Positions 9,155 through 19,444 of a DNA stretch of 64,000 bases are shown in pieces. The translations under genes and the position numbers were made by a program. Every line of letters starts with the position of its first letter. The first letter of the stretch is position 1. The stretch is from Bacteroidales bacterium. GTDB lineage: Bacteria; Bacteroidota; Bacteroidia; Bacteroidales; UBA932. The DNA is taken from NCBI GenBank assembly GCA_016288055.1, contig JAEEXZ010000003.1:10553-74552 (forward strand), read 5' to 3'. The notes beneath the pieces are model-generated. The model had not been told where the DNA came from, made no database searches, and saw only the letters and a program-made list of their open reading frames with translations.

Positions 9155-9895
9155 TTATTCAAGGCTAAAATCCTTGAGGAGACCGAAGTCTCCGTCGGTG
9201 CCGGTGATGTAAATCTCCAGCGTGTTGGTGCCGGGACTCAGGTATGGGCCGACATCCATTTTAAATCTTTCGCGGGTAACGTCGGCCACTTTGATGCCGT
9301 TCACCTGTACCACACAGGACGTACCTTTCCAGACAGGAATGCGGAGGATATGCTTCCCCCCATCCCCGGAGAGTTCATAATCGCGTCTGTAACAGACTTC
9401 CCCAGAGTAAAAAGACAGGCCCTGAGGAGCCAGCCGGCCCGGGGCGGGCACTTTCGCGCTGCGGACGATCCAGCTTTGTCCGTCTCCGGCGCGGATTACG
9501 TTGAATTCGCCCACCAGCGACAGCGGCGGCACTTCCCCGCTTCCGCGCAGCTCGATGACGTTCTCTCCTTCCTGCACCACGCCGGAGACGGCCACGGAGC
9601 GGCCCATCGGCGTTCCGTTCACTGTTACGTCCCAGTCTCGCGACCTGTCGAAGAACAGGACAGGACCGGCGCTGCAGAGGCAGTCTTCGGAATAGAACCG
9701 GTAACGGGCCGTGACCGTGCTGTCAGTGCGGCTGAGGCTGCACACTTCCAGCGGGAAGTCGCTATTGCCCAGCAAGTCCACGAAAAGAGGTGACACAGGG
9801 GTTAAATTGCCAAACCGGCTCCCGCCCTGAGGGCAGGAGCACGATAAGGCTAACAACACAAATAAATAACCGAATGCGTATCTCTTACGCGACAT
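9155..9895 (-). CDS. Lipoprotein with beta-sandwich (GH2/GH106-like sugar-binding) domains
   Basis: LALSC lipobox. FYSGEVCY...VNG...GTNTLEIYIT resembles glycosidase jelly-roll modules; no catalytic domain seen. Confidence 0.55.
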   Translation of the reverse strand: MSRKRYAFGYLFVLLALSCSCPQGGSRFGNLTPVSPLFVDLLGNSDFPLEVCSLSRTDSTVTARYRFYSEDCLCSAGPVLFFDRSRDWDVTVNGTPMGRSVAVSGVVQEGENVIELRGSGEVPPLSLVGEFNVIRAGDGQSWIVRSAKVPAPGRLAPQGLSFYSGEVCYRRDYELSGDGGKHILRIPVWKGTSCVVQVNGIKVADVTRERFKMDVGPYLSPGTNTLEIYITGTDGDFGLLKDFSLE

Positions 9896-9901
9896 GCCGC
9901 G

Positions 9902-11182
9902 TTACTTTTTCAGATCGCTCTTGATATAGACGGCGTTGCCGGTAGGACGGAGTTGGGTACCGTCCCAGTCCCAAATCCAGGTTTTGCCGGTAGCGTAGTC
10001 GGTGCGGTTCTCGCTCACGCGGTTCACGATGTTGCGGGCGTTGCCCTCGCCGTAAACCCACATGGCGGTTCCGCCGCCTCCGTCGAAGTTCATGGCCTTG
10101 TAGCAGCCCAGGGCACGCATCAGCTTGCCCAGCAGGTCGGTGGACATGCCGATGGCACGCTGGTCGGCATACTTGGTCCAGCGGCCGTCAACAGTTACCT
10201 GGAATACGGTCTTCCCGTCCTTGGAAAGGCCGATGGCCGTACGGGGATGCGTATCCCCCAGCCAGTTGTCCGTATCGGCCTTCTTCCACTCATCCGTGGC
10301 CTTCTGGACTTCGCCTTTCCATACCAGGAGCGGTCCGGCGCAGCCAACCGTACTGTTGGTAAGTTTCTTGGCGGCAAAATTATCCTTCACCTGAACGATA
10401 TCCACCACGTCACCGTCAATGGTGATGGCGCAGTTGGCGACCCAGGGGCTTGTCTCGGTGGGAGTCCTCATGATGTCACCGTTCACACGGACGAAATGGC
10501 AGCAGGCCATGGGACCGTTGGTACCGATGAGGGCATCCAGGTAGATGCACTTCTTGTCCAGGTCACGGGGATCCTCTGTTTCAGAATTCCATGTAGGATA
10601 CCCCTCCGGATACGTCTTGTCGTAATAGCTGAAGTAGATACCCAGTTTATTGTGCTCGTTGAGCGTAGACTTGACAATATTGATGTTACGTACCTGGCCT
10701 TCCCACTTGCCATGGAAGGTGGTCCATTCCACACCGTCCACGATGGTCTTCTTCGTTCCGCCCAGTTCCACAAAGTCCACCGTAGGCGTAGGATCCCAGG
10801 GCTTCTCAGGCTCCGGTTCTTCTATGTATTCCAGAACCACCGAATTGGACTCCTTCCCCTTGGTGGAAACACGTACGCTCAACTTAGTACCCTGTATCTC
10901 AGGAGCGATGAACGACAAGTGGTCTTCGGCCGCTTCATTGACCGCAATAGACTTTGCATCCCAGCCCAGACCGTATACCACTTTGTTCTCCGCGGCTACG
11001 GCGCTGAAGTTGCTGCCGTTCAGGGTTACAGGTTTACCAGCCACCACCTTGTTGCCCTCATAGTCCGTCGAGACACTGCTGATAACGGGGGTAGGGGCAG
11101 AATCACCACCGCTCTCGCCCTTGCCACAAGCGGCAAGGGTAAGAGCAGTCAGCGATATAAGAAGCAATAACTTCCCTTTCAT
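9902..11182 (-). CDS. Lipoprotein: IPT/TIG domain + phosphodiester glycosidase (NAGPA/DUF2233)
   Basis: LAAC lipobox; GSNFS IPT motif; HPRTAIG, VDGR and NFDGGG. Confidence 0.85.
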   Translation of the reverse strand: MKGKLLLLISLTALTLAACGKGESGGDSAPTPVISSVSTDYEGNKVVAGKPVTLNGSNFSAVAAENKVVYGLGWDAKSIAVNEAAEDHLSFIAPEIQGTKLSVRVSTKGKESNSVVLEYIEEPEPEKPWDPTPTVDFVELGGTKKTIVDGVEWTTFHGKWEGQVRNINIVKSTLNEHNKLGIYFSYYDKTYPEGYPTWNSETEDPRDLDKKCIYLDALIGTNGPMACCHFVRVNGDIMRTPTETSPWVANCAITIDGDVVDIVQVKDNFAAKKLTNSTVGCAGPLLVWKGEVQKATDEWKKADTDNWLGDTHPRTAIGLSKDGKTVFQVTVDGRWTKYADQRAIGMSTDLLGKLMRALGCYKAMNFDGGGGTAMWVYGEGNARNIVNRVSENRTDYATGKTWIWDWDGTQLRPTGNAVYIKSDLKK

Positions 11183-11183
11183 T

Positions 11184-13031
11184 TTATTTTACATTCTTCA
11201 GTTTAGGAAGGTCACCGGTGAGATCCCAGATGCTTTCGCTCCAGCCAAGAGCCTTGGCCTGCTGGGAAACGGTACCCTCTTTGCCATCATAGTTGCCTTC
11301 CACAGACACGGCGTCATTGTAGCTGAAAGGCCAGTCACCAGTGTTCCAGGAAACGAAACCGGTGCACTCCACCGTACCGGCATCCTTCAGGCCCAGCACC
11401 ATGCCGCAACGCTCCTGGAGACCGATGCCGCTGAGGTCGGAAGTGGAATAGCAGTTGGTAATCTTGAGCAGTTTGCAAGGCTTGTCGGACTGGAAGAGGG
11501 AGCCCACGAAGCCACCACTATAACGACGGACGGTAATGGAGCCGGTCGCATAGCAGTTTTCGATGGTGACGGTAGCGTCTTTGGCGTTCACCGTACCCAG
11601 GAGACCGCCGCCATGGCCGAAGTTTCCGCTGGTGGGCAGGGAAATGTTGCCGGTAGCATAGCACTCGCTGATGGAAACGGTCACACCCTCGGCACCAATG
11701 ACACCGACCAGACCGCCACCCATGTGGCTAACACCGGTCACATTACCGGTAGCATAGCTCTTCTCGATGGTAACGTTACCGTCAATCTGGCCGATGAGGC
11801 CACCGCCACGGGTATAGCTGGTGGTGGTGTGTTCGACATTGCCGGTAGCGTGGCAACCCTTGATGGTGGCGTTGACCACGATACCCACGAGACCACCGGA
11901 ATAAGCAGAGGCATTGGTGACATTACCGCTTGCGCTACAGTTGATGAGGGAGCCGTTGGAAACACGGCCGGCTAAACCACCCACCTGGGCTTCACTGCCT
12001 TTCACTTCGCACTCCACGGTAGCATTCTCGATGGAACCGCCCTTCAGCCAGCTGATGAGGCCGCCGGAACGCTTACGATCATTTTCAACCTTGGAATTCT
12101 TGATGGTCACGTTCTTGATATTGGCCTCACCGGTAATGCCGGTATCTTCCTGGCCTGCACCGCCGACACCCACAAGCACGGCGCCGGCATTAGCCACCTC
12201 TGCGTCGATCTCGGCATTCTCAATGGTGAGATTCTCTACGCTGCCCACCAGGATGTAGAACAGCGGAGCACCAGCCTTGAAGTTGCTGATCTTATGATTG
12301 TTGCCATCAAAGACAATACCTCTCTTCTCGGCCACGGCGATGGCGTCATCATCGGCGCCATAGTTGATTCCCCTCCAAGGATTCTCTTCACCGAATTCCA
12401 CATCCTTGAAGTCGAGATCCTCGGTGAGCTTGAAGTAAACGGTAGCGTCATCCTTCAGCAGACCGTCGATGAGGAAGAAGGTGTCCAGGGAGTTGATCAG
12501 ATAAGGACTGGCCTGGGTACCGGCACCCTCGGCGGCAGCTTCACCCATTTTGAAGAGGATGTAAGCGGCCTTCTCGGCGGGAGAGGTGAAGTTGGTGCCG
12601 CCCTGTACGCTTTCGATGGCGATGGGAAGCACATAGGTCTGGTCCTGCACGCAACCTTCACCCTTGAGACGGAGCTCGCAGGAAGAAGAGGTGGCGTTGT
12701 ATTTGGGCAGGGTTACCGTATTGGTAACGAAAGAGAAAGCACTGACAGGCAGCATCTCGTAATCGGTGCCGTTGGCCGTATTGTAGGTAGCAACCAGGCT
12801 CTGGCTGGCGGCCAAGCTGATATTATAGGCTTCGGCCGAGGTAGGATCGGCCACTACGGTGAGTTCGATGCTCTTGCTCTGGCTCTTGGGGATTTCGTAG
12901 ATTGCCTCTGCATTCTTGACCTGAACACCCAGCTGGGCGGGGCTGGCAGGTACATCCTCGCCACCCTTCTTGCAGGAGAAGGTGAAAAGGCAGGGAACGA
13001 GTACCAGTGCTAAACTGAAAAAACGTTTCAT
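11184..13031 (-). CDS. PUL surface lipoprotein (DUF1735/BT_3987-like + GLUG repeats)
   Basis: TFSC lipobox; YNTANGTDYEMLP...YVLPI; GAGTQASPYLI followed by GGLxG repeats. Directly downstream of susD. Confidence 0.75.
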   Translation of the reverse strand: MKRFFSLALVLVPCLFTFSCKKGGEDVPASPAQLGVQVKNAEAIYEIPKSQSKSIELTVVADPTSAEAYNISLAASQSLVATYNTANGTDYEMLPVSAFSFVTNTVTLPKYNATSSSCELRLKGEGCVQDQTYVLPIAIESVQGGTNFTSPAEKAAYILFKMGEAAAEGAGTQASPYLINSLDTFFLIDGLLKDDATVYFKLTEDLDFKDVEFGEENPWRGINYGADDDAIAVAEKRGIVFDGNNHKISNFKAGAPLFYILVGSVENLTIENAEIDAEVANAGAVLVGVGGAGQEDTGITGEANIKNVTIKNSKVENDRKRSGGLISWLKGGSIENATVECEVKGSEAQVGGLAGRVSNGSLINCSASGNVTNASAYSGGLVGIVVNATIKGCHATGNVEHTTTSYTRGGGLIGQIDGNVTIEKSYATGNVTGVSHMGGGLVGVIGAEGVTVSISECYATGNISLPTSGNFGHGGGLLGTVNAKDATVTIENCYATGSITVRRYSGGFVGSLFQSDKPCKLLKITNCYSTSDLSGIGLQERCGMVLGLKDAGTVECTGFVSWNTGDWPFSYNDAVSVEGNYDGKEGTVSQQAKALGWSESIWDLTGDLPKLKNVK

Positions 13032-13067
13032 GATAGTTTTGATAATAATGTTGTTAATTAGTGAGTT

Positions 13068-14894
13068 TTAAAAAACAAGTCCGTCATTCCAACCAGGGTT
13101 CTGCGTAAGGGCCCCCTGGGTAAGGCTACGCTCCTCGATCGGAATGGGATAGAAATAGTCCTTTTCCTCATCCCAGGTCCGGCGGATGTTCTGGTAATAA
13201 TCCACGCAACCGGAATTTCCGTTCGTCAGGAGGACGCCACCTTCGCTCAAACCAATCTTAAGGGCTTCGGGAGCGCTTCCGGCAGGAGCCTCCTTGCCCG
13301 TGTAGAGCGTGACATCGGCCACGCCGTCCTCGTCCAGGTCATAGCTTCCTTCGCCGGGGAAATACATGCCCAGGATGGGCTGCTCGAAGGCGCGGCCCTC
13401 GGCCCAACGGATGATGTCGTAGTAGCGGAAGCCCTCGCCCAGGAGCTCGATGGTGCGCTCGCGGCGGATTTCCAGGATAAGGCCCACGTTGCTGCTGTTC
13501 TTCTCTGCGACCTTCGGATAGCCCGTTTCCGGGGCCATCAGGTACGGATCCGGATTGGCGTTAGCCGCAGCCATATCGAGGTTGGGCATGCCTACACGAT
13601 CACGGAGGGGCTTGATGGAGGCATTGATGTCGGCCTGGGTAATGGTACCCAGTTCGGCCTTGGCCTCGGCATAGTTCAGGAACACCTCGGCGGCACGGAA
13701 GAGGATGAAGTCGCAGTAGGCCTGCTGATACACGTCATCCTGGGGGCCCATGAAATACTTGATGGGGCAGTAACCGGTGGCCGAAGTCTTGAGGCTGGGG
13801 GCAATTCGGGTCTCGGTGCCCAGACGGCAGTAGCCGGGGGTACGGATGCTCTGAGCCAGACGGGGATCGCGGTTCTTCACTTCCTCCACGAAGGGCATGG
13901 TCTCCCAATCCGCCTTGTCCGTGAACCGGCTGCCATCCTTCATCAAGTAGCTGGCTACGATCTTGCGGGTAATGCTCCACATGTTCAAGGTCGTGGACAG
14001 ATAATCGGAGTTGGCGGTATGGACCACGTTGTACTTGATATTGTAGTCCCTTCCCAGGATCACTTCCTTGTTGATACCCTCGGAGACATTGTACTTGGTG
14101 AACAGGCCGATGTAACTCTTTTCGGGGCCTTCATTGTTATAGATGGAATAGCCGCTGGAGGTCATAAACTGCTGGGCAGCTTCGACGGCCAATTCCAGGT
14201 AATAGGTGTAGGGCTTGGCATCGGACGGCAGGGTCTGGAGGGTGGGGTCACCGGCGTGATACTTGCGGAACGTGCCCTCATACAGGCAGAAGCGGGATTT
14301 AAAGGCCAGAGCCGTCCACTTGGTCACCTGGTAATCCGAATGGGCCGCAGGGAGCTTGGCAATGGCATAATCAATATCCTCAATCATCCGCTGCATCACG
14401 TATTCGCGGCTGTCGCGGGGTTTGTACAGGTCGGGGTCATCGGAACCCAGCGTATGGTCGTACCACGGCACGTCGCCGTACTGCTTCACTTTTTCAAAGT
14501 AGAAGAAGGCACGGAAGAAACGGGCCAGGCCGATGTACTGGTTGCGGAGTTCCTCGTTCTTGCAGTTTCCGGAATACTCCAGGAACGTGTTAATGGTACG
14601 CAGCCGGCTCCAGGACCAACCGCTGTCACCGGAATCGATAGCACGGGCTCCCTTCATCTCGTTGGAAAGGATTCGGCCCGTTACGGCATCGGTCTGTCCG
14701 TCACTGTAGTATCCGGTGGGGAAAATCGGATAAAAGGTATTGGTATAGGCCTTGATCTCCGATTCCGTGGCAAGATAGGTCTCCGGGGAAAGTTTATCCT
14801 GCGGGAAGCGGTCCAGCACCCCTTCCAGTTTATTACAGGACGCCAGACACAAGGAAGCGCCCAATAAGATACCAATATATTTAATGGCTTTCAT
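13068..14894 (-). CDS. SusD/RagB family lipoprotein
   Basis: LASC lipobox; ARFFRAFFYF, RAAEVFLNYAEA, ERTIELLGEGFR and QNPGW. Start is 14894 or 14906. Confidence 0.95.
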   Translation of the reverse strand: MKAIKYIGILLGASLCLASCNKLEGVLDRFPQDKLSPETYLATESEIKAYTNTFYPIFPTGYYSDGQTDAVTGRILSNEMKGARAIDSGDSGWSWSRLRTINTFLEYSGNCKNEELRNQYIGLARFFRAFFYFEKVKQYGDVPWYDHTLGSDDPDLYKPRDSREYVMQRMIEDIDYAIAKLPAAHSDYQVTKWTALAFKSRFCLYEGTFRKYHAGDPTLQTLPSDAKPYTYYLELAVEAAQQFMTSSGYSIYNNEGPEKSYIGLFTKYNVSEGINKEVILGRDYNIKYNVVHTANSDYLSTTLNMWSITRKIVASYLMKDGSRFTDKADWETMPFVEEVKNRDPRLAQSIRTPGYCRLGTETRIAPSLKTSATGYCPIKYFMGPQDDVYQQAYCDFILFRAAEVFLNYAEAKAELGTITQADINASIKPLRDRVGMPNLDMAAANANPDPYLMAPETGYPKVAEKNSSNVGLILEIRRERTIELLGEGFRYYDIIRWAEGRAFEQPILGMYFPGEGSYDLDEDGVADVTLYTGKEAPAGSAPEALKIGLSEGGVLLTNGNSGCVDYYQNIRRTWDEEKDYFYPIPIEERSLTQGALTQNPGWNDGLVF

Positions 14895-14905
14895 TTCGCT
14901 GATCA

Positions 14906-17900
14906 TTAGAAGGTTATATCAAGTCCGAACATAAAGGTCTTCTGCCAAGGATAGACCGGGTATTTTCCGGAGGTCTTGGCGGCGGCTTCAGGGTCAATGT
15001 AGTCGCTGTGCAGGCCGGGAGCGATATAAGCAAGGTTCTCACCGGAGAAGTACACGCGTACGGACTCAATCTGTACTTTCTTGGTCCATCCCTCCGGCAG
15101 GGTATAACCCACGGTGAGGTTCTTCAGACGGCAGTACGCGAGGTTCTGCAGATAGCGGTCATTGACGGCAGCCAGCGAACGCTTTCCTTTGCTGTCGAAG
15201 GCGATGTAGGCACGGGGACGCGGGAAGTAGGCGTCGGGATTCTCTTCACTCCAACAGTTGTCCAGGAAGTCCCTCTGGATCCAGGAGGTGAAAGGACGGG
15301 CATACAGACCCCAGAAGTAACGGGCGTCGGAACTGGGATACCAGTTCTGCCGTCCCACACCCTGGAAGAAAGCGGAGAAGTCGAAGCCGTTCCAATTGAA
15401 GCCCAGGGTAAGGCCATACTGGAAACGGGGCTGGGAGTTGCCGATGATGCGGCGGTCGCCAGGCTTATCCACCGTGTTGGCACCGGTGCTGATCACATTG
15501 TCCCCGTCCAGGTCCACGTATTTGAGGTCACCGGCCCTGAGGCCGCCGTTACCGGCGATGATGGTGTTGATGGGCGACTGGTCCACGACATAATTGGCGG
15601 CCTCATCATCCGAGGCAAAGAGACCGTCGGTGATGTAACCCCAGATTTCGCCGTAGCGCATTCCCACATAATAGGTATCCAGATTCTTGGTGGGGTTGTC
15701 GAACTTGGTGATATAACCGATATAATCGTTGAAGGTACCGGTGATGCTGTAGTCGAAGGGCTTGCCCATCAGCTTGAAGCTGTTGCGGTAAGTCAGGGAT
15801 AGCTCGTAACCAAGCGTGCGGAGGTCGGCATTGTTGGTTTTGGGTGCGGAGGCACCGTAAACGGCCGGAAGGGGGTTGCCATCGGTGAGCATGTCCTTGG
15901 TGTCACGGATGTAGCCCTCACCGGTGAAGGTAATCTTGTTATTCAGGAAGGCCAGGTCCAGACCCAGGTTCTTCTGTTGCACGGTTTCCCAGGTGAGGTC
16001 GCCGGCCACAGGATTGCCGAAGGTGGCGGCAGCCGATCTTTCACCGCCGAACAAATAACTCTGCGTACCCAGGGACACCGTACGGATATAATCGTAATAG
16101 CCTACCTGCTGGTTGCCCAGGCTACCGTAGGAGAAACGGATCTTGGCGTCGTTCCACCAGCTCTTGAGCGGAGAGAAGAACTCTTCCTGGGAGATTCTCC
16201 AGCCGATGGAGCCGGAAGGGAAGAAACCGTAGCGCTGGCCCCACGGGAAACGGGAGGTACCGTCGTAACGGCCGCTCAGCTCTATCAGGTACTTGCCCTT
16301 GTAATCGTAGTTGATACGGCCGAAGAAGCCCAGCAAAGCATAGGAATTTTGGCCGCCGGCGGCATCACGGCGCTTGGAATTGATCAGGATGGTGGCCGTC
16401 TCGCCTGTCTGCACATGGCCCACGACCACGGGGCCGGTAATCTCCTGGTCCGTAGCGTCCACCAGGTTCTGGTCGTTCAGTTCCTGGGAAGAGAGATCGT
16501 AGCCCACGACCGAGAGTTTCTTGTGATAATAGGTCTCATACTGTCCGCCCACCATCACCTTGAGGTTGTGAGCCTCGGCGAAAGTATCTGAATAGGTCGC
16601 GAACAAGTTGGCGGAATGCTGATTCACCGTCTGTATGCCCTCACTAAGCTTGTCCACGTTGTCGCCCGCCGTTACCTCGACGGTTTTCATCCGCGTGGGG
16701 GAGGCGAAGGTTCCGCTCACGCTGCGGTTCAGGGAGGTGGATGTATTATGGGTGTAGGTGTAATTACCCTTGATCACCAGCTGCTTGATGGGCGTAACGG
16801 TCACCTCAAACGTGTTGGTGAAATTATTGTTCTTGTTCTGGTTTTTAAAATTCGGGTTGTTGAGGTTGCCCAGAATAGTCTGGCCGCCACCGCCGTGGTT
16901 AGTCTGATAGATGAAGCTGCCTTCCGGCGTCTGGGGCATCAGGAAAGGGAAATAACCCGCCGTACATTTGTAGAAAGAATCTTCCATGTCGGACAAACCG
17001 GGATAGGTGTAACTGGAAGCGTAGTAGGCGGTGTTGTTGCTGATATTCAGCCAGGGATTGGCGTCAAAGGAAAAACGGGCACGGAGATTATACTTATTGA
17101 AATCATCCGGATTGGCCCGAAAGATACCCTGCTCGTTGTTATAATTGGCCGACAGGAAATACTTGATGGTCTTGGTGCCGCCGCGGAAGGACAGGCTCTG
17201 GTTCTGCGAGGGCTTGATATCGTTGAAGAAATAGTGCCACCAGTCGGTGTTGGCATAGTACTTATAGCCGTTGTTGGCATCGTCCAGGACAACCCAGGGA
17301 CGCTCCGGGTTCTCCACCACGTCGTCGCGGCGGATCCAGAGCTGATGCATGTCTTCCTCTGTGTACTTTATCTGTTGAGAGCCGTCGTAATTCCTGGAGA
17401 AGACGTTGGCGGTATATACAGCGTCATAGCCGCGGGTCTCCCAATCCGTAGAGGTCGTAGGAGAAGAGAAGCCCCATCGGCCGCTGTAACTCACTTTGGC
17501 ACGGCCCTCGTTGTCACTACCGGACTTGGTGGTGATGAGCACAACGCCGAATGCCGCCTTGGCACCATACACGGCCGCGGAGGAGGCATCCTTCAAAACG
17601 GAGATGCTTTCTACATCATTGGGGTTTACCCTGTCCATGGAACCCACCACGCCATCGACCAGCACCAGCGGAGATCCTCCGGAGCTGATGGAGTTCCAAC
17701 CGCGGATGTTCAGTTCCACACTCGCACCGGGACGACCGGTGGGCGTAGTAACGGTAAGGCCGGGGACCGTACCCTGCAGGATGCCGCCGAGGCTTGCGTT
17801 GGAGCGCTTGCCGATGGATTCGGAATCGATTACAGAAACGGCTCCGGTAAGGTTTTCTTTCTTCTGGACACCGTAGCCCACGACCACGGCGTCATCCAAA

Positions 17901-18445
17901 AAAAGCGTGTCTTCCTCCAGGGTCACGTTCAGGACACTACGCTTTCCGACGGTGACTTCCACCGTCTTGTAACCCAGCGAAGTGAACACCAGGACTGCGT
18001 CGCCGTCGGCGCTGATGGTGTAATTGCCGTCGATATCGGTGACAGTACCGTTGCCGGTTCCTTTCACCACAACGCCAACGCCCATCACAGGAATGCCCGT
18101 GTTGTCCACCACGGTGCCGCTCACCTTACCGCCTTGCTTTTGGGATGCTTCCTTGGCTTTGATGATAATATGCTGCTTGTTGATGGTGTAGATGTAGCCG
18201 GCACCATCCAGCGTAGCGTCCAGCAGGGCCTTTACGGTTGCAGCCCCGGCCGGGACAGTCACTTCCCGGGAAAGGTTTACTTCCTGCGCATCATAGTCCA
18301 CAGACATGCCTGTCTGGGATTCAATCTGACGGAATACCTGTCCCAGTGTTGCCTTTCCCTCGTGCATGTTCAGCTTTTGCGACTGCGCAAAAAGACCTCC
18401 GCACAAAAGAAGGCAGACAAACGTTAGAATAATAGGTTTTCTCAT
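14906..18445 (-). CDS. SusC/RagA TonB-dependent transporter with an N-terminal STN signalling domain
   Basis: VVVGYG, LKDASSAAVYG, GVVLITTKSG and terminal F. N-terminal STN-like extension. Start set at MRKPII. Confidence 0.96.
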   Translation of the reverse strand: MRKPIILTFVCLLLCGGLFAQSQKLNMHEGKATLGQVFRQIESQTGMSVDYDAQEVNLSREVTVPAGAATVKALLDATLDGAGYIYTINKQHIIIKAKEASQKQGGKVSGTVVDNTGIPVMGVGVVVKGTGNGTVTDIDGNYTISADGDAVLVFTSLGYKTVEVTVGKRSVLNVTLEEDTLFLDDAVVVGYGVQKKENLTGAVSVIDSESIGKRSNASLGGILQGTVPGLTVTTPTGRPGASVELNIRGWNSISSGGSPLVLVDGVVGSMDRVNPNDVESISVLKDASSAAVYGAKAAFGVVLITTKSGSDNEGRAKVSYSGRWGFSSPTTSTDWETRGYDAVYTANVFSRNYDGSQQIKYTEEDMHQLWIRRDDVVENPERPWVVLDDANNGYKYYANTDWWHYFFNDIKPSQNQSLSFRGGTKTIKYFLSANYNNEQGIFRANPDDFNKYNLRARFSFDANPWLNISNNTAYYASSYTYPGLSDMEDSFYKCTAGYFPFLMPQTPEGSFIYQTNHGGGGQTILGNLNNPNFKNQNKNNNFTNTFEVTVTPIKQLVIKGNYTYTHNTSTSLNRSVSGTFASPTRMKTVEVTAGDNVDKLSEGIQTVNQHSANLFATYSDTFAEAHNLKVMVGGQYETYYHKKLSVVGYDLSSQELNDQNLVDATDQEITGPVVVGHVQTGETATILINSKRRDAAGGQNSYALLGFFGRINYDYKGKYLIELSGRYDGTSRFPWGQRYGFFPSGSIGWRISQEEFFSPLKSWWNDAKIRFSYGSLGNQQVGYYDYIRTVSLGTQSYLFGGERSAAATFGNPVAGDLTWETVQQKNLGLDLAFLNNKITFTGEGYIRDTKDMLTDGNPLPAVYGASAPKTNNADLRTLGYELSLTYRNSFKLMGKPFDYSITGTFNDYIGYITKFDNPTKNLDTYYVGMRYGEIWGYITDGLFASDDEAANYVVDQSPINTIIAGNGGLRAGDLKYVDLDGDNVISTGANTVDKPGDRRIIGNSQPRFQYGLTLGFNWNGFDFSAFFQGVGRQNWYPSSDARYFWGLYARPFTSWIQRDFLDNCWSEENPDAYFPRPRAYIAFDSKGKRSLAAVNDRYLQNLAYCRLKNLTVGYTLPEGWTKKVQIESVRVYFSGENLAYIAPGLHSDYIDPEAAAKTSGKYPVYPWQKTFMFGLDITF

Positions 18446-18520
18446 ACTTGAAGAATGTGTTAATTCATGGGTCCACACTATAGTAAGCGTAAGCCCATGA
18501 AACGCACAAAAGAAATTACA

Positions 18521-19435
18521 CTATAATAGGAAATAAACCCTGTTCCCTTCCACTTTGTAACGGGACCCGGGAATCAGGAGCGTAAGCACATCCAGAGCGT
18601 CCTCCAGCGACTCGTCCGGCATGAAGCGCACGTTGAGCGCGTTGCGGTGTACCTGCTGCGAGCTGTAGCTTACAGAGACATCGAAGCGTCTTTCCAGGGC
18701 GGTGATGATTTCGGAGAAGGAGGCGTTGCTGAAGGACAGGAAGCCCTCCTCCCAGCTCATCACTTTCTCGGCGTCCACCCGCGCCAGTGCCACGGATTTC
18801 CCGGAAGGCCGATATATCAGCTGCATGCCGGGCTCCAGGATATAGGACTTCTCCCCGGCAGCAGGGACGCTCACTTTCACCTTACCTTCCTTCAGGGTGG
18901 CACGCACGGTATGTTCACCCGTGTAAGACTGGACACAGAAGGATGTGCCTAGTGCCTGCACGTCCATATAGGCTGTTTTCACGATAAAGGGCCGGGAAGG
19001 ATCCTTGGCCACGTTGAAGTTGCCCTCGCCGCTCAGATAGACGATACGGCTTTTCTTCCTGTTGAAAGATTCCGGATAAAGGAGGGAGGAACCGGCGTTC
19101 AGGGATACCCTGGTACCGTCCTCCAGCGTGACGGAAGAGGTCTGGCCATAATCGGCCACCAGATTGCAGGTGCCGTCGAGGGGCGCGGCAGAATACTTGC
19201 TGCGCGCGAGCGAGAAAGTGAGCAGTGCGACGACCGCCACCGACGCAGCTGCGGCAAAGACCGTCCAGACGGTCCTGCCCAGGCGCCTGCGGGCCTCGGC
19301 TGCATCGATTCTCCTGCCCAGACGGACCAGCTCCCGGAAAGTCGCGGAGCTTGTTTCGGCCTTGCTCCCTTCCCAGATTTCCTCCAGGGATTGTTTCCCT
19401 TCCAGGCAGTCTTCTATGTTGAACTTTTTCTCCAT
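18521..19435 (-). CDS. FecR family anti-sigma factor
   Basis: One TM helix, then LEDGTRVSLNAGS, GEGNF and LGTSF. Lies between the ECF sigma gene and susC. Confidence 0.92.
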   Translation of the reverse strand: MEKKFNIEDCLEGKQSLEEIWEGSKAETSSATFRELVRLGRRIDAAEARRRLGRTVWTVFAAAASVAVVALLTFSLARSKYSAAPLDGTCNLVADYGQTSSVTLEDGTRVSLNAGSSLLYPESFNRKKSRIVYLSGEGNFNVAKDPSRPFIVKTAYMDVQALGTSFCVQSYTGEHTVRATLKEGKVKVSVPAAGEKSYILEPGMQLIYRPSGKSVALARVDAEKVMSWEEGFLSFSNASFSEIITALERRFDVSVSYSSQQVHRNALNVRFMPDESLEDALDVLTLLIPGSRYKVEGNRVYFLL

Positions 19436-19444
19436 TTCACCTAA